Source of the DNA: Obrimoposthia wandeli
Taxonomy: Eukaryota
Direction of reading: 5' to 3'
DNA length: 64,000 nucleotides
Assembly (NCBI GenBank): GCA_977020255.1
Contig: CDROCS010000506.1
Location: 3,038,001-3,102,000 of the forward strand
Both the position numbers and the translations under genes were made by a program. Each line of letters begins with the position of its first letter. Position 1 is the stretch's first letter. A model generated the notes under the pieces. That model ran no database searches. It was not told the origin of the DNA and was given only the letters and a program-made list of their open reading frames with translations. This document shows positions 1 through 11,348 of the stretch, in pieces.

Positions 1-1
1 A

Positions 2-1255
2 GATGGCTACAGTCGACCAAAATTTGTCAAATCGCAAAGCTATAATATCAAGCCTGGAGAAACTATCTCGTTAACATCAGCTTATGGTGGCTTGCTGCAA
101 GTCGGTTTTGATACCAAAACAAATGTTGTTGCTGCAGACCCATTAGCACAAGTTGATTTTACTTTTGTAAATGTGGGCTTGCATCCTGTGTGGCGAAGTA
201 ATGGCGATAGCGCCGCATTTACCGCACAAGTGAACGCGAACCAATATGATTGGGCTGAGTTTATTACTGATAATTTTCAAGTACATTCAACCACAGATAA
301 AATGTTGAAAACGATATCGGATCCAACATGGTCAGATCTTTCGTTACTGGCGAGCACAACACAGAAGTATACCCATGGTTATGAGAAAGCCCTTGGTGGT
401 TTTGAAGGACCAAATATTGAAGTGTTGGCTGAAGTCGTTAGCTTTGCCAATACCAGAGGGTTAGCGTTAGCCTATAAAGATCAGATCCATCATTTCAATG
501 CTGACCGCGCGAGTTGTGGGGCAGGCTGCTCGGGTAATCCATATGATGCTAATTGGAATTTCAATCCTCTGGGTCACGGTGACTTACATGAAATCGGCCA
601 TACTCAAGAAAGTGGTCGTTTCCGATTTAGTGGTTGGGATTCACATTCAAGTACGAACTATTATTCCTATTTTACCAAACACATGAATTACCAAAAAACT
701 GGCAATGCGCCAGTGTGCCAAAAGTTGAATTTTGAAAGCATGTTTACGCATTTGAAAGCCAGTCGTCAGCAGGGCGTTGATTCGTATCAATACATGCAAG
801 GCCTTGGGTTAAACAGCTGGTCAAATGGTGCCATGATTATGATTCAAGCTATGATGGCTGCACAAAATGCAGGTACGCTCGATGTTGGTTGGCATTTGAT
901 TGCCAGATTACATGTCTTAGACCGTCATTTCAGCACTGCAGTGAAACAAGAATCTACGTGGCTCACGACGCGAGATGCCCTGGGGTTTAGCCAATATTCA
1001 CAAGCTGAAGCGAAATCTATCGGTAAAAATGAGTGGTTAGCCATTGCGATGTCAACGGCAATAGAACGTGACGTTACCGACTTTACCACTATGTGGGGAC
1101 TCGCTGTGGATGATAAAGCCAAGGCGCAAATTGGAGCAACGCAAAGTACCGTGTTACCGATGAACTTTTATGCCTCCAATAATTTGGGTGCTTATTGTGA
1201 AAGCTTGGTGCAGCCCAAAATAACCGTGAATGCAACTATGGCTTGGCCGCATTAG
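2..1255 (+). CDS. C-terminal part of an IMPa/M60-like zinc metalloprotease; 5' end lies outside the window
   Basis: Frame is open from base 2 (DGYSRPKFVKSQ...). Contains ASCGAGCSGNPYD and GHGDLHEIGH (HEXXH), resembling the Pseudomonas IMPa family. Confidence 0.75.
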   Translation, partial: DGYSRPKFVKSQSYNIKPGETISLTSAYGGLLQVGFDTKTNVVAADPLAQVDFTFVNVGLHPVWRSNGDSAAFTAQVNANQYDWAEFITDNFQVHSTTDKMLKTISDPTWSDLSLLASTTQKYTHGYEKALGGFEGPNIEVLAEVVSFANTRGLALAYKDQIHHFNADRASCGAGCSGNPYDANWNFNPLGHGDLHEIGHTQESGRFRFSGWDSHSSTNYYSYFTKHMNYQKTGNAPVCQKLNFESMFTHLKASRQQGVDSYQYMQGLGLNSWSNGAMIMIQAMMAAQNAGTLDVGWHLIARLHVLDRHFSTAVKQESTWLTTRDALGFSQYSQAEAKSIGKNEWLAIAMSTAIERDVTDFTTMWGLAVDDKAKAQIGATQSTVLPMNFYASNNLGAYCESLVQPKITVNATMAWPH

Positions 1256-1323
1256 CTGTGCGCCTTTGATGTCGGGTGATTTATGTTATTATCTACTTAA
1301 ATCACCCAGTAACAAAGACCATC

Positions 1324-1941
1324 ATGACTGAACGTACAACCCAAATCACTGCCGAAGAGCATACTTTAAGTAATAGTATTACCGATAACGATAACGATAC
1401 CGCTAATGATAATGCTACCGATAATGATAGCAACTTAGCACTTACGCCGGAGCAACAACAAGCTGACGAACGCTGGATGCAACATGCGATCATGCTCGCG
1501 GGCAAAGCTGAAGCTATTGATGAGGTGCCAGTTGGTGCGGTTGTCGTACTGGATGGTGAAATTATTGGTGAAGGTTGGAATCAAGCGATTAACTTACACG
1601 ATGCGACAGCACACGCTGAAATTATCGCATTGCGTGCTGCGGGTAAAACGGTTTCGAACTATCGACTTATTGATGCGACACTGTATGTGACGTTAGAACC
1701 ATGCTCTATGTGTGCAGGTGCGATGGTGCATAGCAGAGTGAAGCGTTTAGTTTATGGCGCGGTAGATTTAAAAACGGGGGCGGCAGGCTCGGTATTTAAC
1801 TTGGTAGAGCATGCACAGTTGAATCATCAAATTGAAGTACGTTCAGGGGTTTTTGCTAGTGAGACTGGCGCATTATTAAGTAATTTCTTTAAACGTCGCC
1901 GTAAAGAGAAAAAAGCCCTGAAGCGCTTGCAGAAAGGTTAG
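1324..1941 (+). CDS. tadA: tRNA adenosine(34) deaminase with an acidic N-terminal extension
   Basis: HAE and PCSMC deaminase motifs, EVPVGAV, TLYVTLEPC. ATG at 1324 preferred over GTG at 1276. Confidence 0.93.
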   Translation: MTERTTQITAEEHTLSNSITDNDNDTANDNATDNDSNLALTPEQQQADERWMQHAIMLAGKAEAIDEVPVGAVVVLDGEIIGEGWNQAINLHDATAHAEIIALRAAGKTVSNYRLIDATLYVTLEPCSMCAGAMVHSRVKRLVYGAVDLKTGAAGSVFNLVEHAQLNHQIEVRSGVFASETGALLSNFFKRRRKEKKALKRLQKG

Positions 1942-2219
1942 TCTAGTATCGCGGGTTGGCCTGCAAATTCATTTTGTAAAAAGAAAGATCGCTGACGATT
2001 GAGTAGCGAACGATTGGTTCTTGAACGTGTTATTTGACGTCTTGGTGATTTTACTTTTAGTTTAGCTCTTTTCTTTAGCATCATGCTTTCCTTTAATTTT
2101 CGCTGCCTAGTCCTAGGCGTTTTTTTATCTTTATGTTCATTAACATACAGTAATATAAATAACTTGCACATGAAACTTTTATGTCAGTTTTATGTGACTA
2201 TTGTGACAGGAGATGAATG

Positions 2220-3683
2220 CTACTCTGCTGCACTTGATTCCCATACTTGATCTGTTTTTGTAGAGATTTCAAGACCCACGTCACGGGCAACTTGTTCGGT
2301 CATGTTTATTTGTTCATCAAACCAGCGCAAGCTATCATAATATTTACGAATATTACTGACATACTTCACCGCTTCATTACCCCTCGCATAACCAAAGCGC
2401 GTATATTTATACCATTTACGTTGTTGTAATAATGGGATGATGGCTTTGACTTCAGTCCAGCTATTTTGATTGCCACCGAGCTTTTCGGTAATTTTACGCG
2501 CATCAATTAAATGGCTGTAACCTATATTATAGGCCGCTAATGCAAACCAAGGTTTTTCATGTTCGGAAATCGTATCCGGTAAGCGATTTATTAGCTTGGT
2601 TAAATAGGCAGAACCAGCTTTTACGCTTTGCACAGGATCGATACGTGAGGTAACACCAAACTCACGCGCCGTCGGCCAGGTCAGCATCATCATGCCACGA
2701 ACACCGGTAGGCGAACGGGCCTTAGGATTCCAATGCGACTCTTGATAACTTACCGCTGCCAATAAGCGCCAGTCTAATTGCCCTGCATGTTCGCGGAATA
2801 AAGCTTCATACTTCGGTAGCTGTGAATCAACGCGGCGTAAGAAGGTGCGGGTATCGACAAAATCAAACGTATCAATATGACCAAAGTATTTTTCTTGTAA
2901 TAACTCCATCGACCCCGAGAGTTGTTGCAAGGTAAAGAAAGCTAATACCGCATTTGCAAATGAGTCATCATCACTTTTATCCATTAACCAAACGACATCA
3001 AGTTCATCTTCAAGCACAAAGGCTTTGTTTAAATGCGGATAGTAATATTGATGCTGCGACAGTGAAGTATCGTCGGCAATAGCGAGTTTTATTTTACCTT
3101 CTTCTAAATTACTGAATAGCAGATCTTCATCTGGCAATGTTTTATAAGTCAGATTGAGTTCGGGATAATCACGTTGTAGTTTTTGCACATACTCTTCGTG
3201 GCTTGAGCTTTTGACGACATAAATAGGGTCGACAACTTGTTGTAGATTACGCGGTCTCAGACTACCTTTACGGTAAATGAGTAGTTGTTTGACCTCGTAG
3301 TAACTTGGCCCCATGCGATAATCAGTTACGCGAGACTCGGTGCGCGTTAAACCTGCCGCTGATAATGCAAACGGCTTTTTATTGGTTTTTTTAGCTTCAA
3401 GCATGGTTTTTAGTGAGTGATATGGGTGAATAATTAATTCGACACCAAGATAATCACTAAATTGTTTTAATAATTCATATTCAAGTCCAGTGGGTTTATT
3501 ACCATCAAGGTAGTAGTTGGCTGGACCATAGATTGTTTTTACGTGCAATTCTCCAGCATCTTGGATTTTTTCAAGCTGAGTGCGCTCATCATTTTCTTGC
3601 ATGCAGCCTGACAGGGCCGCTACAACACTAATGTATAGAGCCAGTTTGAAAAAATGTTGTAAGCGTACTAAGAATATCTGCAA
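2220..3683 (-). CDS. mltF: Membrane-bound lytic murein transglycosylase F
   Basis: Lipobox LSGC, substrate-binding-like N domain, SLT motifs YQESHWNP, GMMMLT and AAYNIG. Divergent from purL, as in enterobacteria. Confidence 0.93.
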   Translation of the reverse strand: MQIFLVRLQHFFKLALYISVVAALSGCMQENDERTQLEKIQDAGELHVKTIYGPANYYLDGNKPTGLEYELLKQFSDYLGVELIIHPYHSLKTMLEAKKTNKKPFALSAAGLTRTESRVTDYRMGPSYYEVKQLLIYRKGSLRPRNLQQVVDPIYVVKSSSHEEYVQKLQRDYPELNLTYKTLPDEDLLFSNLEEGKIKLAIADDTSLSQHQYYYPHLNKAFVLEDELDVVWLMDKSDDDSFANAVLAFFTLQQLSGSMELLQEKYFGHIDTFDFVDTRTFLRRVDSQLPKYEALFREHAGQLDWRLLAAVSYQESHWNPKARSPTGVRGMMMLTWPTAREFGVTSRIDPVQSVKAGSAYLTKLINRLPDTISEHEKPWFALAAYNIGYSHLIDARKITEKLGGNQNSWTEVKAIIPLLQQRKWYKYTRFGYARGNEAVKYVSNIRKYYDSLRWFDEQINMTEQVARDVGLEISTKTDQVWESSAAE

Positions 3684-3972
3684 GTCATAACCTTTTAATA
3701 TGAAAATAGAAATATCTATATGGGATCTGTCTTTATAGCGTTTTAGTTGCCATTACACAACTATTAATGCCAAAATACTGTATAAAAAAACAGTGTGAAT
3801 ATGTTAGTGAAATGACAATGTTATCAGTAGTGTTAATGATGTTATCGGCTAAGGCGCAAAAAAACTTATTAGTAAATTAACTTGTTGTTCATGTAACGCT
3901 ATCGTTATTGTCATAATTTGCATATAATGGCCGGGATTTTTCCCCAGTAACCCTTTTAGTGAGAAAAAGTTA

Positions 3973-6900
3973 ATGCATATAATGCGAGGAGCGCCAGCGC
4001 TCTCTGAGTTTCGTACTAGCAAACTAGTCGAACGATGTAATGATGTAGGATTATCGGATATAACAATTTACGCGGAGTACGTCCATTTTGCCGATGTAAC
4101 AACCCCGCTCAGTGACAAAGAACGGAGTGTCCTGGAAAAATTGTTGACCTACGGGCCAAGAATTACAGAGCACGCTCCCGAAGGAACTCTCCTTCTTGTT
4201 ACTCCTCGTCCCGGCACTATCTCTCCTTGGTCTTCTAAATCTACCGACATCGCTATCAACTGCGGCCTTTCTAACGTAAAACGTCTTGAACGTGGTATCG
4301 CTTACTACATCTCTTCAAAAACACCTCTTACAGCAACCCAACTACAAACTGCAGCAAGCTTGATGCACGACCGTATGATGGAATCTGTATTTGATTGTCT
4401 AGATGCAGCTGAACAATTATTTGTTCAAGCACAAGCGCGTCCATTAAAGTCTGTTGATATTTTAGCGGGTGGCCGTGAGGCACTGGTTGATGCGAATGTT
4501 AAATTAGGTTTAGCACTGGCTGAAGATGAAATAGATTATTTGATTGCCAGCTTTAACCAGCTAAAACGTAATCCAAATGACATCGAATTAATGATGTTTG
4601 CCCAAGCAAACTCAGAGCATTGTCGTCATAAGATTTTTAATGCGGATTGGACCATTGATGGCCAAGACCAAGAGAAATCATTATTCAAGATGATCAAGAA
4701 CACCTTCGAGCAAACGGGTGATCATGTTTTATCTGCTTATAAAGATAATGCTTCTGTAATGGAAGGTTCAAAAGCCGGCCGTTTCTTCCCTGATCCAAAA
4801 ACACAGCAGTATGAATATCACCAAGAAGATATTCAGATCCTGATGAAAGTTGAAACTCACAATCACCCAACAGCAATCTCTCCTTGGCCTGGTGCCGCGA
4901 CAGGTTCTGGTGGTGAAATTCGTGATGAAGGCGCAACGGGTCGTGGTTCGAAACCGAAAGCAGGTTTAGTTGGTTTCAGCGTATCTAATTTACGTATTCC
5001 AGCATTTGAACAGCCTTGGGAAACCGACTTTGGTAAACCAGGTCGTATCGTTAGTGCATTAGACATTATGCTAGAAGGCCCACTTGGTGGCGCAGCATTT
5101 AATAATGAATTTGGTCGTCCTAACCTATTAGGTTATTTCCGTACGTATGAAGCTGAAGTTAACAGCCATAACGGTGTGGAAATACGTGGTTACCACAAGC
5201 CAATTATGCTTGCTGGTGGTCTAGGTAATATCCGTGACCAGCACGTTCAAAAAGGTGATATTCCAGTTGGCGCTAAATTAATCGCGCTAGGTGGTCCGGC
5301 AATGAACATTGGTTTAGGTGGCAGTGCTGCTTCATCAATGGATTCAGGTCAATCACACGAAGATTTAGATTTCGCTTCTGTACAACGTGAGAATCCAGAA
5401 ATGGAACGTCGTTGTCAGGAAGTTATCGACCGTTGTTGGCAGATGGGTGAAGACAATCCAATTGCCTTCATTCACGATGTGGGCGCGGGTGGTTTATCAA
5501 ACGCATTCCCAGAACTAGTACATGACGGTGGTCGTGGTGCTAAGTTTGAATTACGTGATATTAACAACGATGAACCAGGCATGTCACCGCTTGAAATCTG
5601 GTGTAATGAATCACAAGAACGCTACGTAATGGCTGTTGCTCCTGAGCATATGGCAACATTTGAAGCGATCTGTAAACGTGAACGTACACCATTCTCTGTA
5701 GTTGGTGTAGCGACTGAAGAGTTGCATTTGACTGTAACGGATTCGTTATTAAACGAAACTCCGATTGATATGCCAATGGAAGTATTATTAGGTAAAGCAC
5801 CTAAGATGCACCGTGAAGCAACAACGCTAGTGACAAAAGGTGAAGCATTAGACTTTACTGGTATCACAGTGAAAGATGCAGCAGAACGCCTATTACGTTT
5901 ACCAGCGATTGCTGAGAAAACGTTCCTGATCACGATTGGTGACCGCTCGGTAACGGGTTTAGTTGCACGTGATCAAATGGTCGGTCCTTGGCAGGTTCCT
6001 GTAGCCGATTGCGCAGTAACAGCAGCGAGTTTTGATACTTACGCTGGTGAAGCTATGGCAATTGGTGAACGTACGCCGCTAGCATTGTTAAACTTCCCGG
6101 CATCAAGCCGTGTGGCTGTTGCTGAAGCGTTAACGAACATCGCAGCAACAGAGATTGGTGATTTAACTCGCATCAACCTTTCTGCTAACTGGATGTCTGC
6201 AGCTGGTCACCCAGGTGAAGACGCTGGTTTATACGCGGCTGTTAAAGCTGTTGGTGAAGAACTTTGTCCTGAATTGAACCTGACTATTCCAGTGGGTAAA
6301 GATTCAATGTCAATGAAGACTCGCTGGGAAGAGGAAGGTGAAAACAAAGAAGTTATTTCACCATTATCACTGATTATTACTGCATTCGGTCGTGTGACTG
6401 ACGTACGTAAAACAGTGACTCCACAGCTACGCACTGACAAAGGCGCGACAGACCTTATCCTTATCGATTTAGGTAATGGTCAAAACCGTCTAGGTGCATC
6501 TTCATTAGCACAAGTATACAAGCAACTGGGCCAACATACGCCAGATGTGGACAGTGCAGAGCAGCTGAAAGGCTTCTTCGATGCAATGCAAGTATTAGTG
6601 AAAGAGCAATCTTTACTGGCTTATCATGACCGCAGTGACGGTGGTTTATTCTCAACAGTAACAGAGATGGCGTTTGCTGGTCACTGTGGTGTTGATGTTG
6701 AACTTGATATGTTAGGTAATGACGATCTTGCAGCGCTTTACTCGGAAGAGCTAGGTGCCGTTATCCAAGTATCTTCAGCAATGAAAGAACAAGTACTAAC
6801 AACATTAGCAGGCCACGGTCTAGCAGCATGTTGTCATGTAATCGGTTCGACAAACACTGATGATATGGTTCGTTTCACGCGTAATGGCGAAAACGTACTT

Positions 6901-7866
6901 GCTGAAAGCCGTACTTACTTCCGTGCAATTTGGGCTGAAACAACGCTTAAGATGCAAGCATTACGTGATAACCCGAGCTGTGCACAGCAAGAGTTTGATC
7001 TTAAACTTGACGTGAAAGACCCTGGTCTAAACGTTAACTTAAGCTTTGATGTTAACGAAGATATTGCAGCACCTTACATCATGACTGGTGTACAACCTAA
7101 AATGGCTATTTTACGTGAGCAGGGTGTAAACTCGCAAACGGAAATGGCGGCTGCATTTGACCGTGCTGGCTTTGCTGCTCAAGATATTCACATGAGTGAT
7201 ATTTTAAGCGGTCGCGTTAACCTTGAAGACTTCGCTGGCCTTGCGGCTTGTGGTGGTTTCTCTTACGGTGACGTACTGGGTGCGGGTGAAGGTTGGGCTA
7301 AATCAATCTTATTTAACCCACAAGCACGTGACCAATTTGCAGCTTTCTTCGCACGTGAAGACAGTTTCTCATTGGGTGTATGTAATGGTTGTCAGATGTT
7401 ATCTAACTTGGGTGAACTTATCCCGGGTTCAGAATTATGGCCACGTTTCGTTACCAACCAATCTGAACGTTTTGAAGCACGTTTCAGCTTAGTTGAAGTA
7501 CCGAAAAATCCGTCAATATTCTTAGGTGACCTTGCTGGTTCAAGAATGCCAATCGCTGTATCTCACGGTGAAGGTCGTATTGAATTACGTGATGAAGCGC
7601 ATCTGCAAGCACTGAGTAACAGTGGTACAGTTGCACTTAACTTCGTTGATAACTACGGTCAACCAACGACACAATACCCATCTAATCCAAATGGTTCGCC
7701 ATTAGGTATTACGGGTCTAACGACGACTGACGGTCGCGTAACTATCATGATGCCACATCCGGAACGTGTATTCCGCAGTGTGAGCAACTCATGGCATCCA
7801 GAAGAATGGGGCGAAGATAGCCCATGGATGCGTATGTTCCGCAACGCACGCGTTAACTTAGGTTAG
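3973..7866 (+). CDS. purL: Phosphoribosylformylglycinamidine synthase (large fused form)
   Basis: 1297 aa; [24 protein letters not shown] glutaminase triad, MMPHPER. Confidence 0.99.
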   Translation: MHIMRGAPALSEFRTSKLVERCNDVGLSDITIYAEYVHFADVTTPLSDKERSVLEKLLTYGPRITEHAPEGTLLLVTPRPGTISPWSSKSTDIAINCGLSNVKRLERGIAYYISSKTPLTATQLQTAASLMHDRMMESVFDCLDAAEQLFVQAQARPLKSVDILAGGREALVDANVKLGLALAEDEIDYLIASFNQLKRNPNDIELMMFAQANSEHCRHKIFNADWTIDGQDQEKSLFKMIKNTFEQTGDHVLSAYKDNASVMEGSKAGRFFPDPKTQQYEYHQEDIQILMKVETHNHPTAISPWPGAATGSGGEIRDEGATGRGSKPKAGLVGFSVSNLRIPAFEQPWETDFGKPGRIVSALDIMLEGPLGGAAFNNEFGRPNLLGYFRTYEAEVNSHNGVEIRGYHKPIMLAGGLGNIRDQHVQKGDIPVGAKLIALGGPAMNIGLGGSAASSMDSGQSHEDLDFASVQRENPEMERRCQEVIDRCWQMGEDNPIAFIHDVGAGGLSNAFPELVHDGGRGAKFELRDINNDEPGMSPLEIWCNESQERYVMAVAPEHMATFEAICKRERTPFSVVGVATEELHLTVTDSLLNETPIDMPMEVLLGKAPKMHREATTLVTKGEALDFTGITVKDAAERLLRLPAIAEKTFLITIGDRSVTGLVARDQMVGPWQVPVADCAVTAASFDTYAGEAMAIGERTPLALLNFPASSRVAVAEALTNIAATEIGDLTRINLSANWMSAAGHPGEDAGLYAAVKAVGEELCPELNLTIPVGKDSMSMKTRWEEEGENKEVISPLSLIITAFGRVTDVRKTVTPQLRTDKGATDLILIDLGNGQNRLGASSLAQVYKQLGQHTPDVDSAEQLKGFFDAMQVLVKEQSLLAYHDRSDGGLFSTVTEMAFAGHCGVDVELDMLGNDDLAALYSEELGAVIQVSSAMKEQVLTTLAGHGLAACCHVIGSTNTDDMVRFTRNGENVLAESRTYFRAIWAETTLKMQALRDNPSCAQQEFDLKLDVKDPGLNVNLSFDVNEDIAAPYIMTGVQPKMAILREQGVNSQTEMAAAFDRAGFAAQDIHMSDILSGRVNLEDFAGLAACGGFSYGDVLGAGEGWAKSILFNPQARDQFAAFFAREDSFSLGVCNGCQMLSNLGELIPGSELWPRFVTNQSERFEARFSLVEVPKNPSIFLGDLAGSRMPIAVSHGEGRIELRDEAHLQALSNSGTVALNFVDNYGQPTTQYPSNPNGSPLGITGLTTTDGRVTIMMPHPERVFRSVSNSWHPEEWGEDSPWMRMFRNARVNLG

Positions 7867-7921
7867 TTAATAGCTTAGTTAATAGGTTAGATTAATAGCT
7901 TAGATTAATAGCTTAGTTAGC
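7863..7921 (+). repeat. Tandem 12-13 bp repeat TTAG(A)TTAATAGC, four units plus a partial, starting at the purL stop
   Basis: Units at 7863, 7875, 7887, 7900; partial at 7913. Confidence 0.9.
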
Positions 7922-7936
7922 TTCGGTTAATAAATG

Positions 7937-7966
7937 AAAGGTCGCAATTATTGCGGCCTTTTTTTT
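7937..7966 (+). terminator. Rho-independent terminator of purL
   Basis: AAGGTCGCAA-TTA-TTGCGGCCTT followed by a T-run. Confidence 0.85.
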
Positions 7967-8136
7967 GTCTAAAATATCAAAATATACTTCTATATACCGT
8001 GTTTAACTCAATAGGTAATATTAATATAATATAAATCTCTTTATATTATATTGACATATGAACTGATTTTAACTTTGAATTAAGTCTTTTTCATGGTAAA
8101 TATTAGGCTCTCCACTAAATCAATTTTAGGTCAAAT

Positions 8137-8526
8137 ATGAACAAGAACAAAAGTATCCTTATTGTTGCCTCATTATTGTCTTCTTTCGTTCTTTCTGGCT
8201 GTGCATCAAATGCTGATATCATTGCACAACAGAAACAACATGCAGAACAAATTGACACTCTCGCATTAGCTGTAAATATATTAGAAGATGAATTACAAAA
8301 GCAGCAAGAAATCGATGGTGAAATGGCTGAGTCTGTTGATCAACTATATGTTGATCGCGAGCAATTTCAGATGCTAGTTGCTCAGCACTACGCGATAAAA
8401 CAAGGCGATACACTATCTGCTATTGCGGCAGAACAAGGTATCTCATTAGAGGCGTTACTTGCATTAAACCCTCAAATAGATAACGCTAACCGCTTACTGA
8501 TTGGACACATCATCAATCTAAAATAA
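8137..8526 (+). CDS. LysM-domain lipoprotein
   Basis: Lipobox LSGC, coiled-coil-like middle, C-terminal YAIKQGDTLSAIA...LLALNPQI LysM motif. Confidence 0.85.
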   Translation: MNKNKSILIVASLLSSFVLSGCASNADIIAQQKQHAEQIDTLALAVNILEDELQKQQEIDGEMAESVDQLYVDREQFQMLVAQHYAIKQGDTLSAIAAEQGISLEALLALNPQIDNANRLLIGHIINLK

Positions 8527-8553
8527 TTGATCATGATCCTTGTATGACATACT

Positions 8554-8583
8554 AAAGAAGCCGCTAAATATAGCGGCTTCTTT
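8554..8583 (+). terminator. Terminator after the LysM gene
   Basis: AAAGAAGCCGCTA-AATA-TAGCGGCTTCTTT perfect hairpin. Confidence 0.8.
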
Positions 8584-8738
8584 GTTTTTCTTGCAAAGTC
8601 GGGTTTGAAGGTTGTCTAGACATAGTGCAATTAATAACAATAGTATCGCGGGTAACACAAGCTGAGATTATCTATGTTTAATTGTGTTATAGTTTCGATT
8701 ATTGTCGTCAATATATTAATTTATGAGTAGGAAGGATA

Positions 8739-9623
8739 ATGGGTCAGTCACAAGGTTTATTATTATTTAAATTGAATCTGCAGCAGAAGTTTGCGATTGG
8801 TACGTTGAAAGTACAAGAGATAGTACCTTCTACACGTCTATATTCGTTACCTGGTTCTCACCCTATGGTGATGGGCGCAGCGACGTTACGTGGTCGAACA
8901 ATTCCTATTATTGATATGGCGAGTGCAGTGGGTTACCGCCCCGTAACGAAAGAAGAATATGATTCGTGTAATATTATTATTACCGATTGTAGTCGTCAGG
9001 TGGTTGGTTTCTTGGTGCGACATATAGACAAGATCATGGAGTGTAGTTGGAAAGATATTTCTGCGCCGAGCGCAACACTGGGTTGTAATATCTACACGAC
9101 AGGGGTAATGCACGTTGATGACAAATTAGTGCAGCTCATGGATGTTGAACGTTTATTAGCAGACATTTACCCTGATGATGAGCATATTGAGTTACCACAA
9201 TTTAGTGCCGCAGAGTTAGAAGAGCTACGCAACAAAGAGATCTTGGTTGTCGATGATTCGATGGTTGCGCGTAACCAGTTGGGTAGTGCACTAGATGCCG
9301 CCGGTATTCATTATCAAGTCTCTAAGAATGGTCAAGATGCGCTAACAGCAATGCAAACGGCTGTAGAATCAGGTAAACCAATTGATGTATTGGTGAGTGA
9401 CATTGAAATGCCTGGATTAGATGGTTATGAAGTGGCATTTGAAGTGCGTAGTACGCCTAATGTATCAGCGACTTATATTATTTTGCATACCTCATTATCG
9501 AGTACGATTAGTACTGAACGCGCACAGCAAATTGGCGCAGATGAAGCGTTGACTAAGTTTGATGCGAGTGAGCTATTACAAGCTATCTTACGTGGTGTGA
9601 AAGGGCGTGAAAATATCACTTAG
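8739..9623 (+). CDS. cheV: Chemotaxis protein CheV (CheW plus receiver domain)
   Basis: CheW-like N domain (LRGRTIPIIDM); receiver motifs VVDDS, DIEMPGLDG, HTSLS, LTKF. Confidence 0.92.
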   Translation: MGQSQGLLLFKLNLQQKFAIGTLKVQEIVPSTRLYSLPGSHPMVMGAATLRGRTIPIIDMASAVGYRPVTKEEYDSCNIIITDCSRQVVGFLVRHIDKIMECSWKDISAPSATLGCNIYTTGVMHVDDKLVQLMDVERLLADIYPDDEHIELPQFSAAELEELRNKEILVVDDSMVARNQLGSALDAAGIHYQVSKNGQDALTAMQTAVESGKPIDVLVSDIEMPGLDGYEVAFEVRSTPNVSATYIILHTSLSSTISTERAQQIGADEALTKFDASELLQAILRGVKGRENIT

Positions 9624-9665
9624 TATTATATTCGAGTATAAAAAGCGGGTATAAAAATCAGACAT

Positions 9666-9694
9666 AAAAAAAAGCGCTAATAAGCGCTTTTTTT
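9666..9694. terminator. Bidirectional terminator between convergent cheV and arcA
   Basis: A-run, AGCGCT-AATA-AGCGCT, T-run. Confidence 0.85.
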
Positions 9695-9745
9695 GTATCT
9701 GTCATTTATTGCTGACATTCTTCGGTATCGCTAGCGGTATGCTGC

Positions 9746-10462
9746 TTAGCTTAATTCACCGCAAAAACGGTAACCTTCACCGTGGATTGTCGCGATGATT
9801 TCTGGCGTATCAGCAATGCTTTCAAAATGCTTACGGATACGACGAATCGTTACATCAACAGTACGATCGTGTGGTTTCAATTCTCGGCCTGTCATTTTTT
9901 TCAATAACATTGCACGTGTTTGAATCTTACCTGGGTTTTCTACGAAGTGTAGCATCGCACGGAATTCACTGCGTGGTAGTTTAAATGAATCATCCAGTGG
10001 ACTAATTAAAGAACGGCTGTTGATATTTAAACGCCAGCCATTGAATTCATATTCTTCAACGATTGCTTTTTCTTCGTCTGCTACAGGCAATTTAGTAAAC
10101 GTACGGCCAAGTAGGTTACGTGCACGAATTGTTAATTCACGTGGGTTAAATGGCTTGGTAATGTAATCGTCAGCACCAATTTCTAGACCTAAAATCTTGT
10201 CAACTTCATTGTCGCGACCAGTTAAAAACATCAGAGCTACATTATGCTTGTCACGTAGTTCACGTGCTAGCAATAAGCCATTTTTACCTGGAAGGTTAAT
10301 ATCCATGATTACCAAGCTGATAGGATTATTGGCAATGATCTCATACATTTCATCGCCGTTACTTGCTTCATGTACTGAATAACCTTCAGCTTCGAAGATG
10401 CTTTTTAGGGTGTTACGTGTAACGAGTTCATCTTCTACGATAAGAATGTTTGGGGTTTGCAT
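9746..10462 (-). CDS. arcA: Two-component response regulator ArcA
   Basis: [20 protein letters not shown]-terminus and [16 protein letters not shown]...[11 protein letters not shown]-terminus, typical of ArcA. Confidence 0.97.
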   Translation of the reverse strand: MQTPNILIVEDELVTRNTLKSIFEAEGYSVHEASNGDEMYEIIANNPISLVIMDINLPGKNGLLLARELRDKHNVALMFLTGRDNEVDKILGLEIGADDYITKPFNPRELTIRARNLLGRTFTKLPVADEEKAIVEEYEFNGWRLNINSRSLISPLDDSFKLPRSEFRAMLHFVENPGKIQTRAMLLKKMTGRELKPHDRTVDVTIRRIRKHFESIADTPEIIATIHGEGYRFCGELS

Positions 10463-10651
10463 AAACGTACCTAGTTTCGCTTTGGATCAAATAATGCCCT
10501 GTTTATTGATATTATTCATTAAATACGAATATCAATAAATTCGGGAGTAAGAGTAATACATCCATGAAATATAAGACTATTTATCTATAACAGCTCGCTG
10601 CAGCAGAGTATCTAGTGTTATGGCTTCCTTAACTGAAGGATTATATGTTAT

Positions 10652-10666
10652 TAACAGCAGTATAAC
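10652..10666 (-). promoter_or_regulatory. Candidate ArcA box (GTTA-N7-GTTA on the minus strand) upstream of arcA
   Basis: Plus strand TAAC-AGCAGTA-TAAC. The motif is short and the region AT-rich, so chance is possible. Confidence 0.4.
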
Positions 10667-10705
10667 AACCTTATGTAATTATGTTACGTAATAACTCAAC
10701 ATGAT

Positions 10706-10719
10706 TTGATATTTATCAA
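10706..10719. promoter_or_regulatory. FNR box upstream of arcA
   Basis: TTGAT-ATTT-ATCAA is a perfect match to the FNR consensus TTGAT-N4-ATCAA; arcA is FNR-regulated in E. coli. Confidence 0.7.
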
Positions 10720-11348
10720 ATAACCCTGATTAGATATATTGTAATCAAATTAGCTATTTATAAAGTGATAGTTAATTAGTTTTACTTATTACAGCATTAT
10801 ATTTTATGATGTTTAAATTTATATAAATCAGGTTGTTATGTTTATATATTTTATTTTTTACATAGTTTTAAAGTACCGCCTATTAGGCTAAATCAAGAGC
10901 GTATTTGTCGTTTTAGCCTACTGTACACGGTGATTAAAGATTAAAAAAAATATTCATTAATTGTACTATTACTCCAGATTAACCTGCACATACGCCCGTT
11001 ATTACTGGCTTGTGCTGTTTATTTACACTGTTCATCGCTGTAGATAGGGCAGGGTGTCATTTATATTTAGCCAGTGACTTAAGAGGATTTAAATGTGCTT
11101 TATGAAAGCATATTTTAACCCGCAATCTGTAATCAAATTACAACTTGGTAAGTTTTATCGATTAGAGGCTGTCAATGTATGTACTTTGTTAATTAATTAT
11201 AGATTGGAATAATTGTTCTGCGCTAATATGTTAGCAGTTATCGTCAATTTTCTGTGATTAACGAATTAGATAGTATGACGATTAACGAATAAGACGACAT
11301 GACTATTGCCGCATCAGCCTGTAACAATAACAATTCTAAGGATGGACT

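Noticed and set aside
3684-3972. PurR box upstream of purL
   Set aside because: No good match to ACGCAAACGTTT(G/T)CGT.
4694-7844. Short ORFs overlapping purL; likewise those inside thrA, pgk, fbaA, serA and gcvP
   Set aside because: Antisense or alternate-frame by-products of biased codon usage in well-supported genes.
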